From: Christensenellaceae bacterium
GTDB lineage: Bacteria > Bacillota > Clostridia > Christensenellales > UBA1750
Assembly (NCBI GenBank): GCA_031280685.1
Contig: JAITGM010000027.1
Location: 1,705-65,704 of the forward strand
Reading direction: 5' to 3'
DNA length: 64,000 bases
The notes under the pieces were generated by a model. The model ran no database searches, was not told the DNA's origin, and saw nothing but the letters and a program-made list of their open reading frames with translations. The position numbers were made by a program, and so were the translations under genes. Shown one piece after another: positions 53,476-64,000 of this stretch (the stretch's first letter is position 1; each line of letters begins with the position of its first letter).

Positions 53476-54123
53476 TTATTCAAAAAGGCTCATCCCGTGG
53501 GTTTCATATAAGGCCCAATCGGCTCGGTCGCCAACTGGGAGGCCGTTTTCGCGGCGGTAGGCGATCACGGCGCGCTTGAGCCCCTCGCCAAAGACGCCAT
53601 CCAGGCCGCCCTGATAAAGCCCAAGGTTTTGCAGGCGAAGCTGAAGCTGAAGCACGTCGGCGCCGCGGTCGCCCGGCGCCAAACTGCGCAGCCCGGCGGC
53701 CAGGGGGCCGTAGGCAGCGCGCTCGATGACCACCTTGGCCCCCACGCGCACCCGCGCGTAAAGCTCCTCCACGTCGCGGTTGAGCATCCGCACGCAGCCG
53801 TGCGAGGCCTGCCCGCCGATGGAGGAAGGCTTGTTGGTGCCGTGGATGCCAAAGCTGCCCCAGGGGCAGGCAAAGCCGATCCAGCGCGTGCCAAAGCCCG
53901 TGCCCCAGTTTTTTTGCTTCTGCGTGACGGCCCAAACCCCGAGCGGCGAAGGCGTGCCGCGCTTGCCCACGGCACAGGGCCAGCTTTTCACCTTCTGCCC
54001 GCCTTCGTAGAGCGTGATCGTTTGCAGATCAGCATCCACCAGCAGGATCTGCTCCGCGCTCCCCGCGCCGCAGAGCGCCAGCAGCAGCGCGGCGGCCAAA
54101 ATCGCAGCCCCGATTCTTTTCAT
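53476..54123 (-). CDS. L,D-transpeptidase (YkuD domain) with C-terminal peptidoglycan-binding domain
   Basis: Signal/lipobox-like N-terminus, catalytic HGTNKPSSIGGQASHGCVRM, and a PG_binding_1-like VLQLQLRLQNLGLYQGGLDGVFG. Confidence 0.85.
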   Translation of the reverse strand: MKRIGAAILAAALLLALCGAGSAEQILLVDADLQTITLYEGGQKVKSWPCAVGKRGTPSPLGVWAVTQKQKNWGTGFGTRWIGFACPWGSFGIHGTNKPSSIGGQASHGCVRMLNRDVEELYARVRVGAKVVIERAAYGPLAAGLRSLAPGDRGADVLQLQLRLQNLGLYQGGLDGVFGEGLKRAVIAYRRENGLPVGDRADWALYETHGMSLFE

Positions 54124-54260
54124 GCTTTGCCCTCCTGCCGTTTTCCTCTTGGGTTAGCTATATGCGCGCCGGCCAAAAAGCTTCCGCCTTTTACGCTTGA
54201 CGGGCGGAGGAAAGTAATGCTATTATATTAGACGACTAATACAGTTTCGGGAGGCAATCC

Positions 54261-55070
54261 ATGATGACTTGGCTGAAAAAAGGGCTTTCCGGCGGCGCGA
54301 TCAAGCTGCTGGCCACCGTGCTCATGGTCTTTGACCATGTTCACCAAATGTTTGTGCAGTTCGGCGCGCCCGGCTGGCTGAAATGGCTGGGGCGGCCGGT
54401 CGCGCCCATCTTCCTTTTCATGTGCGCCGAGGGAATGGCCCACACGCGCAACCGCAAGCGCTATCTCTTGCAGCTACTCATCGGCTTTGAGGCGATGAAC
54501 ATCCTCTCATTCTGTTTGGGAAGGCTGATGCCCAGCGAAGCCGTACTGATGAACTCCATCTTTGGCACGCTCTTTCTCACGGGGCTGTATATCGCCGCGG
54601 CCGATCTGCTGGCCGCGGGCATAAAGGCAAAAAAATGGGGTAAGGCGGCCCTTGCGGTGCTGATCATGCTCGCGCCGGTTCTGAGCAGCGCTGTGGTGCT
54701 CGTGACCATGTCAAACGAAACCCTGGTGACCGCCGCCCCTTGGCTCGTCTACATTGTTTTCGCCATTCCCTCGTTCATTTCCACAGAAGGGGGCTTCCTC
54801 TTCCCGCTGCTGGGCCTTGCCTTTTACCTGCTGCGCAATTACCGTTGGGCGCGCCTCTTGCCGCTGGCCGCCTTTTCGGCGTTCTGCTTTGCCATGGGCG
54901 ACTGGCTCGAGGGCCTTTCGGTCTTTGCCGTGCCGATTCTGCTGCTCTATAACGGCGAAAAGGGCGAAAGCAAGCACTTTTTCCAAAAGAAGTACTTCTT
55001 TTATGCCTTCTACCCGGGCCATATCTACTTTTTATACATTCTCGCCTGGCTGGTCGCCAATCTCCGCTGA
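54261..55070 (+). CDS. TraX family membrane protein
   Basis: IKLLATVLMVFDHV and GRPVAPIFLFMCAEG match the TraX family pattern, and the protein is polytopic. Confidence 0.65.
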   Translation: MMTWLKKGLSGGAIKLLATVLMVFDHVHQMFVQFGAPGWLKWLGRPVAPIFLFMCAEGMAHTRNRKRYLLQLLIGFEAMNILSFCLGRLMPSEAVLMNSIFGTLFLTGLYIAAADLLAAGIKAKKWGKAALAVLIMLAPVLSSAVVLVTMSNETLVTAAPWLVYIVFAIPSFISTEGGFLFPLLGLAFYLLRNYRWARLLPLAAFSAFCFAMGDWLEGLSVFAVPILLLYNGEKGESKHFFQKKYFFYAFYPGHIYFLYILAWLVANLR

Positions 55071-55096
55071 TTCCGCCCCACGGCTCCGCAAAAACT

Positions 55097-55130
55097 AAGG
55101 AAGCGCCCCGCTCGACCGGGGCGCTTCCTT
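55097..55130 (+). terminator. Hairpin downstream of the TraX-like gene (terminator-like, weak T-run)
   Basis: AAGGAAGCGCCCCG-CTCGAC-CGGGGCGCTTCCTT forms a 14-bp perfect stem. Confidence 0.5.
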
Positions 55131-55180
55131 GTGGTATGCTACTTCCATCTTGACCCATTGGGCGAAAGGGGGGCCGCGGG

Positions 55181-56380
55181 ATGATCGGCTGGATGAAAAA
55201 GCTGGTGAAAAACGGCGAAAATACGCAGAATCTGCGCGTGCGCGAGAGCTACGGCAAGCTGGCCGGGCTGGTGAGCGTTGCGCTAAACCTGCTCTTGAGC
55301 GCGGGCAAGTTCGCGGCCGGGTATTTGGCAGGCTCCGTAGCCATCACGGCGGATGCGGCCAATAACCTGAGCGATGCCTTTTCAGGGGTGATCTCGGCGC
55401 TGAGCTTCAAGTGGGCGGGCAAGCCGGCCGACCGGGAGCATCCCTACGGCCATGCCCGCGTCGAATACCTTTCGTCCATGGCTGTTGCCGTGCTGATCTT
55501 CCTCATCGCCTTTCGGTTGGGCGAAGAATCCCTTATAAAGGTTCTTCGGCCCGAAATGCCCAAACTCAGCCCGCTCGGCGCCGCGATTTTGCTGGCCTCG
55601 ATGGGCGTGAAGCTTTGGCTTTTTTTCTTTTACCGCGCGCTGGGCAAGGAGATTGATTCCACTCTGATGCGCGCCTTTTCGGCGGATAGCCTTTCGGACA
55701 TTCTGGCGACCGGCGCGGTGCTGTTTTCATCCGCCATCAGCCCGTTTTTGGGTTTTTCGCTCGATGGCTATACCGGGCTTTGTGTGGCGCTCTTCATCGG
55801 CTACGCCGGGGTTAAGGTGCTGCTGGAATCGCTCAACAAGCTGCTCGGGCAGGCGCCGGAGGGCGAGCTGGTGGAGCTGATCCTCTCGCACCTGCGAGGG
55901 CGGGAGGGGATTTTGGGCCTGCATGATCTGGCGCTGCACAGCTACGGGCCGGGGCGGCACTTCGCGAGCCTGCACGTGGAGGTGGACGCGCGCGGCGACA
56001 TGCTCAAGAGCCACGATCTGATCGATAACATCGAAAGGCAGCTGCTCGTCGAGCACGGCATCGAGCTGGTCATCCACATGGATCCGGTGGTGATCGGCGA
56101 CGAGCGGGCGGACGCCCTGCGCGAAGTGCTGGTTGAAATCGTGCGCGGCGTGGACGAGGCGCTGAGCGTGCACGACTTCCGGATGGTGCCAGGCGATACC
56201 CACACGAACCTGATCTTCGATATCTCGGCGCCCTATGGCCTGAAGCTGGACGACGCGGCGATTAAAAAGGCGGTGCGCGAGCGCGTCGAGGTCCTGCCCG
56301 GGCCGCTTTACGCGGTGATCACCGTCGATCGGGTCTATGCGGGGAACCCGGACGCATTGAGGAAGGGCGCGGATGAATAA
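55181..56380 (+). CDS. Cation diffusion facilitator (CDF) family metal efflux transporter
   Basis: ADAANNLSD in TM2, HPYGHARVEY, and a C-terminal cytoplasmic domain with HDL..H.YGP....S.HVEV. Confidence 0.85.
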   Translation: MIGWMKKLVKNGENTQNLRVRESYGKLAGLVSVALNLLLSAGKFAAGYLAGSVAITADAANNLSDAFSGVISALSFKWAGKPADREHPYGHARVEYLSSMAVAVLIFLIAFRLGEESLIKVLRPEMPKLSPLGAAILLASMGVKLWLFFFYRALGKEIDSTLMRAFSADSLSDILATGAVLFSSAISPFLGFSLDGYTGLCVALFIGYAGVKVLLESLNKLLGQAPEGELVELILSHLRGREGILGLHDLALHSYGPGRHFASLHVEVDARGDMLKSHDLIDNIERQLLVEHGIELVIHMDPVVIGDERADALREVLVEIVRGVDEALSVHDFRMVPGDTHTNLIFDISAPYGLKLDDAAIKKAVRERVEVLPGPLYAVITVDRVYAGNPDALRKGADE

Positions 56381-56402
56381 AAATGCTCATAATCGGTTGA
56401 AG

Positions 56403-56453
56403 TTCGCATATTATTGCACGATTTTACGCAAGATTTGCATAAAACCTGCAAAT
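56403..56453. promoter_or_regulatory. Two candidate ArgR/AhrC operator (ARG box-like) sites upstream of argG
   Basis: TTCGCATATTATTGCACG (56403-56420) and ATTTGCATAAAACCTGCAAAT (56433-56453). Both are AT-rich TGCAT...TGCA imperfect palindromes abutting the -35. Confidence 0.4.
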
Positions 56454-56458
56454 AGAGC

Positions 56459-56487
56459 TTGACAGCGCGGCGCCTTGGCCTTAGGAT
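56459..56487 (+). promoter_or_regulatory. Candidate sigma-A promoter of the arg operon
   Basis: TTGACA (56459-56464), a 17-nt spacer, then TAGGAT (56482-56487). Confidence 0.5.
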
Positions 56488-56545
56488 ACATAGCAAAGCA
56501 GTTTCGGGCGGCTTGCCGCCCCAAGTTTGGGAGGGCGATTTTTTA

Positions 56546-57769
56546 ATGGCAGACAACAAGAAGTATAAAAAGGTGGTTTTGGCTTATTCGGGCGGGCTGG
56601 ATACCTCGGTGATCATCCCTTGGCTGATCGAGAACTACGGCTGCGAGGTCGTGGCGGTTTCGGCCGACGTTGGCCAGGGCGCGGAGCTGGACGGCCTTGA
56701 AGAGAAAGCCAAAAAAACCGGGGCCTCGAAGCTCTACATCGAGGATTTGACCAAGGAATTCGTCGAAGACTATATCTTCCCCACGCTCAAGGCGGGCGCG
56801 GTGTACGAGAACCAATACCTGCTGGGCACGTCCTTCGCAAGGCCCATCATCGCCAAGCGCATCACCGAAATCGCTCTCAAAGAGGGCGCGGATGCGATCG
56901 CCCATGGCTGCACGGGCAAGGGCAACGACCAGGTGCGCTTTGAGCTTGCCATCGCGGCCTTCGCCCCTGAAATGGACATCATCGCCCCCTGGCGGACCTG
57001 GGAACTCAAGAGCCGGGACGACGAGGTGGACTATGCGGAGGCTCACAACGTGCCCCTGCAGTTCAACCGCGAAAAGAATTATTCGCGCGACCGCAATATC
57101 TGGCATCTTTCGCACGAGGGGCTGGAGCTTGAAAGCCCGGCCAACGCGCCCGATTACGAGCGCCTTTTGGAGCTTGGCGTGTCGCCCTTCACGGCGCCTG
57201 ACGAACGCGAAAAGATCACCATAGGCTTCGAAAAAGGCATTCCCGTGGCGCTGAACGGCCAGAAGATGGACGGCGTCGCGCTGGTGAAGAAGCTCAACGA
57301 ATTGGGCGGCAAGCATGGCGTGGGCATTTTGGATATGGTTGAAAACCGCCTCGTGGGCATGAAGAGCCGCGGCGTGTATGAAACCCCGGGCGGCAGCATT
57401 CTCTACAAGGCGCACGAGATGCTCGAGCAGCTCTGCCTGGATAGGATGACGCAGCACTACAAGCAGCGCATGGCGCTGGAGTTTGCCGATCTGGTCTATA
57501 ACGGCCAGTGGTATACTCCGCTGCGCGAGGCGCTTTCCGCCTTTGTAGATAAGACCCAGGAGCGCGTAACCGGCGAGGTTTCACTCATCCTTTACAAGGG
57601 CAACATCATGGGCGCCGGAATGACCTCGCCCTATACCCTCTATGATGAGGAAGTGGCCACCTTCGGCGAGGATGCGGTCTATGACCAGTACGATTCCAGG
57701 GGATTCATCAGGCTGTTCGGGCTGCCGGTGCGCATCAAGGCGCTGCTGGATAAAAAGCGCGGCCATTAA
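56546..57769 (+). CDS. argG: Argininosuccinate synthase
   Basis: [12 protein letters not shown]-binding motif and family-wide similarity. The start at ATG 56546 follows GGGAGGG. Confidence 0.95.
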   Translation: MADNKKYKKVVLAYSGGLDTSVIIPWLIENYGCEVVAVSADVGQGAELDGLEEKAKKTGASKLYIEDLTKEFVEDYIFPTLKAGAVYENQYLLGTSFARPIIAKRITEIALKEGADAIAHGCTGKGNDQVRFELAIAAFAPEMDIIAPWRTWELKSRDDEVDYAEAHNVPLQFNREKNYSRDRNIWHLSHEGLELESPANAPDYERLLELGVSPFTAPDEREKITIGFEKGIPVALNGQKMDGVALVKKLNELGGKHGVGILDMVENRLVGMKSRGVYETPGGSILYKAHEMLEQLCLDRMTQHYKQRMALEFADLVYNGQWYTPLREALSAFVDKTQERVTGEVSLILYKGNIMGAGMTSPYTLYDEEVATFGEDAVYDQYDSRGFIRLFGLPVRIKALLDKKRGH

Positions 57770-57795
57770 GCCAAAAAAAGCCGGGAGGTTTAGGC

Positions 57796-59197
<1,402 letters not shown>

Positions 59198-59208
<11 letters not shown>

Positions 59209-60127
59209 GGTCTTCATCGACGGGCAGGATGGCACGACCGGCCTGCAACTGAAAGACAGGCTGCAAAGCAGGCCTGATCTTCAGCTTTTAGAGATCGCCC
59301 CGGAACTGCGCAAGGATGTTTCCGCGCGCAAGGCGCTTTTGAACGAAGTTAAAATCGCCTTTTTGTGCCTGCCCGACGCGGCCGCGGCAGAGGCCGCGGC
59401 CCTGGTCGAAAACGATCAAACCGTGCTGATCGACGCTTCGACCGCGCACCGCGTAAGCGAGAATTGGGCCTATGGCTTCCCGGAACTCAACCCCGCCCAG
59501 CGCGAAAAGATCGCCGATTCAAGGCGCATCGCAAACCCTGGCTGCTACGCGACCGGAATGATCGCGATCGCGGCGCCGCTTGTCGCGGCGGGCATCCTGC
59601 CCAAGGACTATCCACTTTGCGTGCACGCGGTTTCGGGCTACTCGGGCGCGGGCAAGAAGGGCATCGCCCAATACGAAGAGGAAGGCCGTGACGCGAGCCT
59701 GAAGAGCCCGCGCGAATATGGGCTGAACCAGGCCCATAAGCACCTGCCCGAGATGACTAAGTTCGCGGGGCTTACCCTGGAGCCGATCTTCAACCCCTAC
59801 GTCTGCGACTATTACGCGGGCATGACGGTTAGCCTGCCGCTGCATCTTGGGCTGCTCAAGGCGGGCACGACGCAGCGAAGCGTCTTTGAGACCCTTTCAG
59901 CGCATTACGAAGGCTCGCGATTCATCGACGTAAAAACCGCCCCGGAAGACGGCTTTTTGCCCGCGACGGAGCACCTTGGCACGAACCGCTTAAGCATCTA
60001 CGTCTGCGGGAGAGAAAAAAGGCTGACCGTCATTTCTTCGCTCGATAATTTGGGCAAGGGCGCCTCTGGCGCGGCGGTACAGAACATGAACATCGCCTTG
60101 GGGCTTGACGAAGGCGCCTATCTATAA
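59198..60127 (+). CDS. argC: N-acetyl-gamma-glutamyl-phosphate reductase (short type)
   Basis: Active-site ANPGCYATG. It overlaps the argH end by 11 nt. Confidence 0.9.
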
Positions 60128-60147
60128 ACGAAGTGGAGGGCCTAACG

Positions 60148-61368
60148 ATGGAGTTTAAGCGCGTGGAGGGCGGCGTTTGCGCCCCTAAGGGCTTTATGGC
60201 GGCCGGGCTGCACTGCGGCGTGCGCAGGAGCCAGGCAAAGAAGGATATTGCGCTGATCCTGGCCGAGGCGCCCTGCGCGGCGGCCGCGGTCTACACGCAG
60301 AACAAAGCCTTTGGCGCCCCGATTTTGGTTACGCGCCAAAACCTGCAAAACGGCTTTGCCCGCGCGGTGGTCTGCAACAGCGGCAACGCCAACACCGGCA
60401 ATGCCGACGGGGTAGAGAAGGCCCTGCGCATGTGCGAGCTGGTGGGTGAAAGCCTAAAAATTGCCAAGGAAGACGTGATCGTGGCTTCGACGGGGGTCAT
60501 CGGCCAGCCGCTGCCCATCGAGCCCATTAAAGAGGGCATTTCGGCGCTTGCGAAGGCGCTTTCGAAGGATGGCGGGGCGGACGCGGCCGAGGCCATCATG
60601 ACGACCGACACAAAGAAGAAGGAAATCGCCCTCGAGTTCGAACTCTCGGGCAAGAAATGCCGCATCGCGGCCATGGCCAAGGGCTCGGGGATGATTCACC
60701 CCAACATGGCCACGATGCTCTCTTTCATCACCTCCGATGTTGCAATCAGCCCCACGCTACTCGACCGGGCCTTGAAATCCGTGGTGGCAGATAGTTATAA
60801 CATGATCTCGATCGACGGCGATACCTCCACCAACGACATGGTTTCCATCATGGCTTCGGGATTGGCCGGCAACGAGAAGATCGAGAGCGAAAACGCCGAT
60901 TATGCCGTCTTTGCGGCAGCCCTAAAGACCGTGGCGGTCGAGATTTCCAAGATGATTGCGGGCGATGGCGAGGGCGCGACCAAATTGCTCGAGTGCGCGG
61001 TTGCCGGCGCCCCCAGCGAAAAGACGGCCAAGCTCATCGCCAAGTCCGTGATCTGCTCGGCGCTGTTCAAAGCCGCGATGTTCGGCGAGGACGCCAACTG
61101 GGGCCGCATCCTATGCGCCATCGGCTATGCCGAGGCCGAGTTCGACATCACGAAGATCGATGTGAATCTATCATCCCCAAAGGGGAAAATCGAGGTCTGC
61201 AAAAACGGCTTTGGCGTGGATTTTTCGGAGGGAAAGGCCAAGGAAGTGCTGGGCGAAAAAGAGATTCGTATCGGCATCGACCTGAGGCAGGGCGATTTTG
61301 GCGCCACCGCCTGGGGCTGCGACCTGACCTACGACTATGTGAAGATCAACGGCGACTACAGAACCTAA
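60148..61368 (+). CDS. argJ: Bifunctional glutamate N-acetyltransferase / amino-acid acetyltransferase
   Basis: Autoprocessing site PNMATMLSFITSD. The start at ATG 60148 follows GGAGGG. Confidence 0.9.
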   Translation: MEFKRVEGGVCAPKGFMAAGLHCGVRRSQAKKDIALILAEAPCAAAAVYTQNKAFGAPILVTRQNLQNGFARAVVCNSGNANTGNADGVEKALRMCELVGESLKIAKEDVIVASTGVIGQPLPIEPIKEGISALAKALSKDGGADAAEAIMTTDTKKKEIALEFELSGKKCRIAAMAKGSGMIHPNMATMLSFITSDVAISPTLLDRALKSVVADSYNMISIDGDTSTNDMVSIMASGLAGNEKIESENADYAVFAAALKTVAVEISKMIAGDGEGATKLLECAVAGAPSEKTAKLIAKSVICSALFKAAMFGEDANWGRILCAIGYAEAEFDITKIDVNLSSPKGKIEVCKNGFGVDFSEGKAKEVLGEKEIRIGIDLRQGDFGATAWGCDLTYDYVKINGDYRT

Positions 61369-61407
61369 AAGGCGAATAAAAGCAGGAAACACGAAGGAGG
61401 AAGAGGC

Positions 61408-62277
61408 GTGCAGGCGAGCAATTCCGCAAAGGCCGGCGTTTTAACGGCAGCGCTGCCCTATATTCAAAAATACTGGGGCAAGGTTGTGGTGGTCAAATAT
61501 GGCGGCAACGCCATGACCGACGAAAAGCTGAAGGCGGCCGTGATGAGCGACATCGTGCTGCTGAACCTGGTGGGCATCAAGGTCGTGCTGGTGCACGGCG
61601 GCGGCCCGGAGATCACCTCCACGCTCAAGGCGCTGGGGCTTGAGTCAAGGTTCGTGGGCGGCCTGCGCTACACCGACGAAGAAACGGCCAAGGTCGTGCA
61701 GATGGTGCTCTGCGGCAAGACCAACAAGGACTTGGTTAAGCTCATCGCAGCCTGCGGCGGCAAAGCCATGGGGCTTTCGGGCCTGGACGGGGGCATGATC
61801 ATGGCAAAAAAGCTCGAGGGTGAAATCGATCTGGGCTTTGTGGGCGATATTACGAGGATCGACGCCGAGCCGATTTTAGCCACCATGAACGATGGCTACA
61901 TCCCGGTCATCGCCACCGTCGGCGCGGATGAAGGGGGCCAGGTCTATAACATCAACGCAGACACTGCGGCTGCGGCCATCGCCAAGGCCTTGAGGGCCGA
62001 GAACATCATCCTGATGACCGACATTCAGGGCCTGATGCGCGACGTAAAAGACGCAACCTCGCTGATTCCGGCGGTCGAAGTCGGCGAGCTAGACGCCCTC
62101 ATCAAGCAGGGCGTGGCCACCGGCGGCATGATCCCCAAGGTGCGCTGCTGCGAGGACGCCGTCTTGGGCGGCGTGAAAAAGGCCGTGATGATCGACGGGC
62201 GCATCGAGCACTCGATTCTGCTCGAGATCTTCTCTGACGAGGGCATCGGCACCATGATTTACAAGGGGGCGAAATAA
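61408..62277 (+). CDS. argB: Acetylglutamate kinase
   Basis: VVVKYGGNAM and VLVHGGGPE motifs. GTG start. Confidence 0.9.
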   Translation: MQASNSAKAGVLTAALPYIQKYWGKVVVVKYGGNAMTDEKLKAAVMSDIVLLNLVGIKVVLVHGGGPEITSTLKALGLESRFVGGLRYTDEETAKVVQMVLCGKTNKDLVKLIAACGGKAMGLSGLDGGMIMAKKLEGEIDLGFVGDITRIDAEPILATMNDGYIPVIATVGADEGGQVYNINADTAAAAIAKALRAENIILMTDIQGLMRDVKDATSLIPAVEVGELDALIKQGVATGGMIPKVRCCEDAVLGGVKKAVMIDGRIEHSILLEIFSDEGIGTMIYKGAK

Positions 62278-63459
62278 ATGAAGAACTTCGATCAAATCAA
62301 GGCGCGGGATGCTTCCGCCATCATGCACACCTACGCGCGCTTCCCTGTGGCGCTGGAAAGGGGAAGGAACGCCACCTGCTGGGATGCGGACGGCAAGGAG
62401 TACATCGACCTGACGGCAGGCATCGGCGTGAACGCCCTGGGCTTTTGCGACGAGGGATGGCAAAAGGCCATCACGGCCCAGCTAGGTAAGCTGCAGCATA
62501 TTTCCAACCTTTATTACACCCTGCCCTGCATTCAGGCGGCAGAAAGGCTCAAGGAGCTTTCCGGCATGGAGAAGGTCTTTTTCTCGAACTCGGGTGCTGA
62601 ATCCAACGAGGGCGCGATCAAGGCCGCGCGTAAATACAGCCTGCTCAAATACGGCGAAGGCCGCAGCACCATCGTTTCGCTAGAAAACTCCTTCCACGGC
62701 CGCACGGTCACCACGCTTGCGGCCACCGGCCAGCAGGTCTTTCACAAGGATTTCTTCCCTTTCACCGAAGGGTTTATCTTTGCCAAGGCCAACGATTTGG
62801 GCGACACCATCGAAAAACTCGGCGGCCAGGGCGTCTGCGCTATCTTGATGGAGCTGGTGCAGGGCGAGGGCGGCGTTTTGCCGCTTGATCAGGCCTATGT
62901 AAGCGCCGTGGTGGAGCATTGCCGCAAAAACGATATTCTGGTCATCATCGACGAGGTGCAGACCGGCATGGCCCGCACCGGCAGCTTCCTAAGCTACCAG
63001 CAATTCGGTTTTTTGCCCGATTTATGCACCATGGCCAAGGGCATCGGCGGTGGCCTGCCGCTCGGAGCCATCCTCTTTGGCGAAAAGACCAAGGAAGCCT
63101 TGGTGCCCGGCGACCACGCCTCGACCTACGGCGGTAACCCCATCGCCTGCGCGGGCGCGGCCGAGGTTCTCTCGCGCATAGACGAAGCCTTTTTGGCCGA
63201 GGTGAAGGCAAAGGGCGAGTACATCACCAAAAAGCTGCTCTCATTCCCGCGTGTGGCCGGGGTTTCGGGCCTTGGGCTGATGCTCGGCGCGTCTTTGGAG
63301 GGCGTGACCAGCCGCGATGTGGTCGTCAAGGGCAACGAGCTTGGCGTTTTGACCTTAACCGCCAAAGAGAAGCTGCGCCTGCTGCCGCCGCTGACGATCA
63401 CTTACGACGAGATCGACAGGGGGCTGCAAAGGCTCGAAGCGGCCCTAAGGGCGCTTTAA
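62278..63459 (+). CDS. argD: Acetylornithine aminotransferase
   Basis: Class III aminotransferase with [22 protein letters not shown], and the PLP lysine in [10 protein letters not shown]. Confidence 0.9.
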   Translation: MKNFDQIKARDASAIMHTYARFPVALERGRNATCWDADGKEYIDLTAGIGVNALGFCDEGWQKAITAQLGKLQHISNLYYTLPCIQAAERLKELSGMEKVFFSNSGAESNEGAIKAARKYSLLKYGEGRSTIVSLENSFHGRTVTTLAATGQQVFHKDFFPFTEGFIFAKANDLGDTIEKLGGQGVCAILMELVQGEGGVLPLDQAYVSAVVEHCRKNDILVIIDEVQTGMARTGSFLSYQQFGFLPDLCTMAKGIGGGLPLGAILFGEKTKEALVPGDHASTYGGNPIACAGAAEVLSRIDEAFLAEVKAKGEYITKKLLSFPRVAGVSGLGLMLGASLEGVTSRDVVVKGNELGVLTLTAKEKLRLLPPLTITYDEIDRGLQRLEAALRAL

Positions 63460-63490
63460 AAGGCCTAAAAAAGGGAAGGGAAGGCAAGTA

Positions 63491-64000
63491 ATGAAGCACT
63501 TTTTAAAGTTCCTTGACATGAGCGGGGAAGAGATCACCGAATTGCTCGACCTGGCTGGCGAGCTCAAGAAAAAGCAGAAGGCTGGTGAAGTCTACCAGCC
63601 CCTGAAGGGCAAGAGCGTGGCCATGATCTTCCGCAAATCCTCGACGAGAACCCGGGTATCCTTCGAGGTGGGCATCGCGCAGCTTGGGGCCACGCCGCTC
63701 TTCCTAAGCTCCGCCGATATTCAGCTCGGCCGCGGCGAGTCGATCGCCGACACGGCCCGCGTGCTCTCGCGCTATGTGGACGGCATCATGATCCGCACCT
63801 TCGACCAGCAGGAGGTCGAGGATCTGGCCCAATACGGCACCGTGCCCGTGATCAACGGCCTGACCGACTTTTCGCACCCCTGCCAGGTCATGGCCGATTT
63901 GCAGACCATCAAAGAGCATAAGGGCAGGCTGAACGGCCTGAAGCTCGCCTTCATCGGCGACGGGAACAACATGGCCAACGCGCTCATCGTGGGCGGGCTG
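63491..64000 (+). CDS. argF: Ornithine carbamoyltransferase (3' end outside window)
   Basis: Not in the ORF track because no stop falls in the window. My own translation gives [15 protein letters not shown]...[10 protein letters not shown]...HPCQVMADL, which carries the STRTR and HPCQ carbamoyltransferase motifs. Confidence 0.9.
   Translation, partial: MKHFLKFLDMSGEEITELLDLAGELKKKQKAGEVYQPLKGKSVAMIFRKSSTRTRVSFEVGIAQLGATPLFLSSADIQLGRGESIADTARVLSRYVDGIMIRTFDQQEVEDLAQYGTVPVINGLTDFSHPCQVMADLQTIKEHKGRLNGLKLAFIGDGNNMANALIVGGL

Noticed and set aside
54261-55070. The TraX-family gene as a marker of a conjugative element.
   Set aside because: No relaxase, coupling protein, type IV secretion gene or integrase lies nearby. 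Stand-alone TraX-family membrane proteins are common chromosomal genes.

Overview
This is a visibly GC-rich 64 kb window from a chromosome that looks like a spore-forming Firmicute of the Clostridia type. The taxon is inferred from the presence of gpr, an rsfA-like gene, asp23-yloV-recG, tilS-hpt-ftsH and addBA. Most of the window is housekeeping:
- pcrA, tsaC/sua5, a ywlE-like phosphatase, nudC, tilS-hpt-ftsH
- a PHP phosphoesterase, asp23-yloV-DUF6440-recG
- a type IIA topoisomerase B/A pair, rpsT, gpr, icd, addB-addA, mrfA-mrfB
- a complete arginine operon, argG-H-C-J-B-D-F, with argF cut by the window end

Accessory or unusual content:
1. A divergent RelA/SpoT (alarmone-synthetase fold) protein is fused to about 250 aa of unassignable C-terminal sequence (33817-35154). 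This is my best single-gene candidate for an undescribed function, such as a fused toxSAS-like or sensor protein.
2. Five intergenic islands are packed with short GC-rich stem-loops. They share a colinear core, GCCGCGCG-N-AGCGCGGCG ... GCGCGCGAGCG-N2-3-GCGAGCGCGCC ... TCTTGG. One island, about 242 bp between recG and the topoisomerase gene, is bracketed by a 12-bp exact direct repeat, which suggests an insertion.
3. A Ni/Co ECF importer (CbiMN-Q-O type) is linked to larB and larE. No larC or larA lies in the window.
4. A DUF1292 protein carries a His-rich insert.
5. A lower-GC gene encodes a Spy0128-type surface protein with a VPQTG sorting signal and no adjacent sortase.
6. Two decayed genes are present: a lipoprotein/beta-propeller remnant with in-frame TGA codons, and a DJ-1 gene without a usable start. 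There is also a degenerate copy of an addA 3' segment.

I found no CRISPR array, tRNA, rRNA, transposase or prophage. All calls rest on reading the translations and the DNA by eye. No database search was run.
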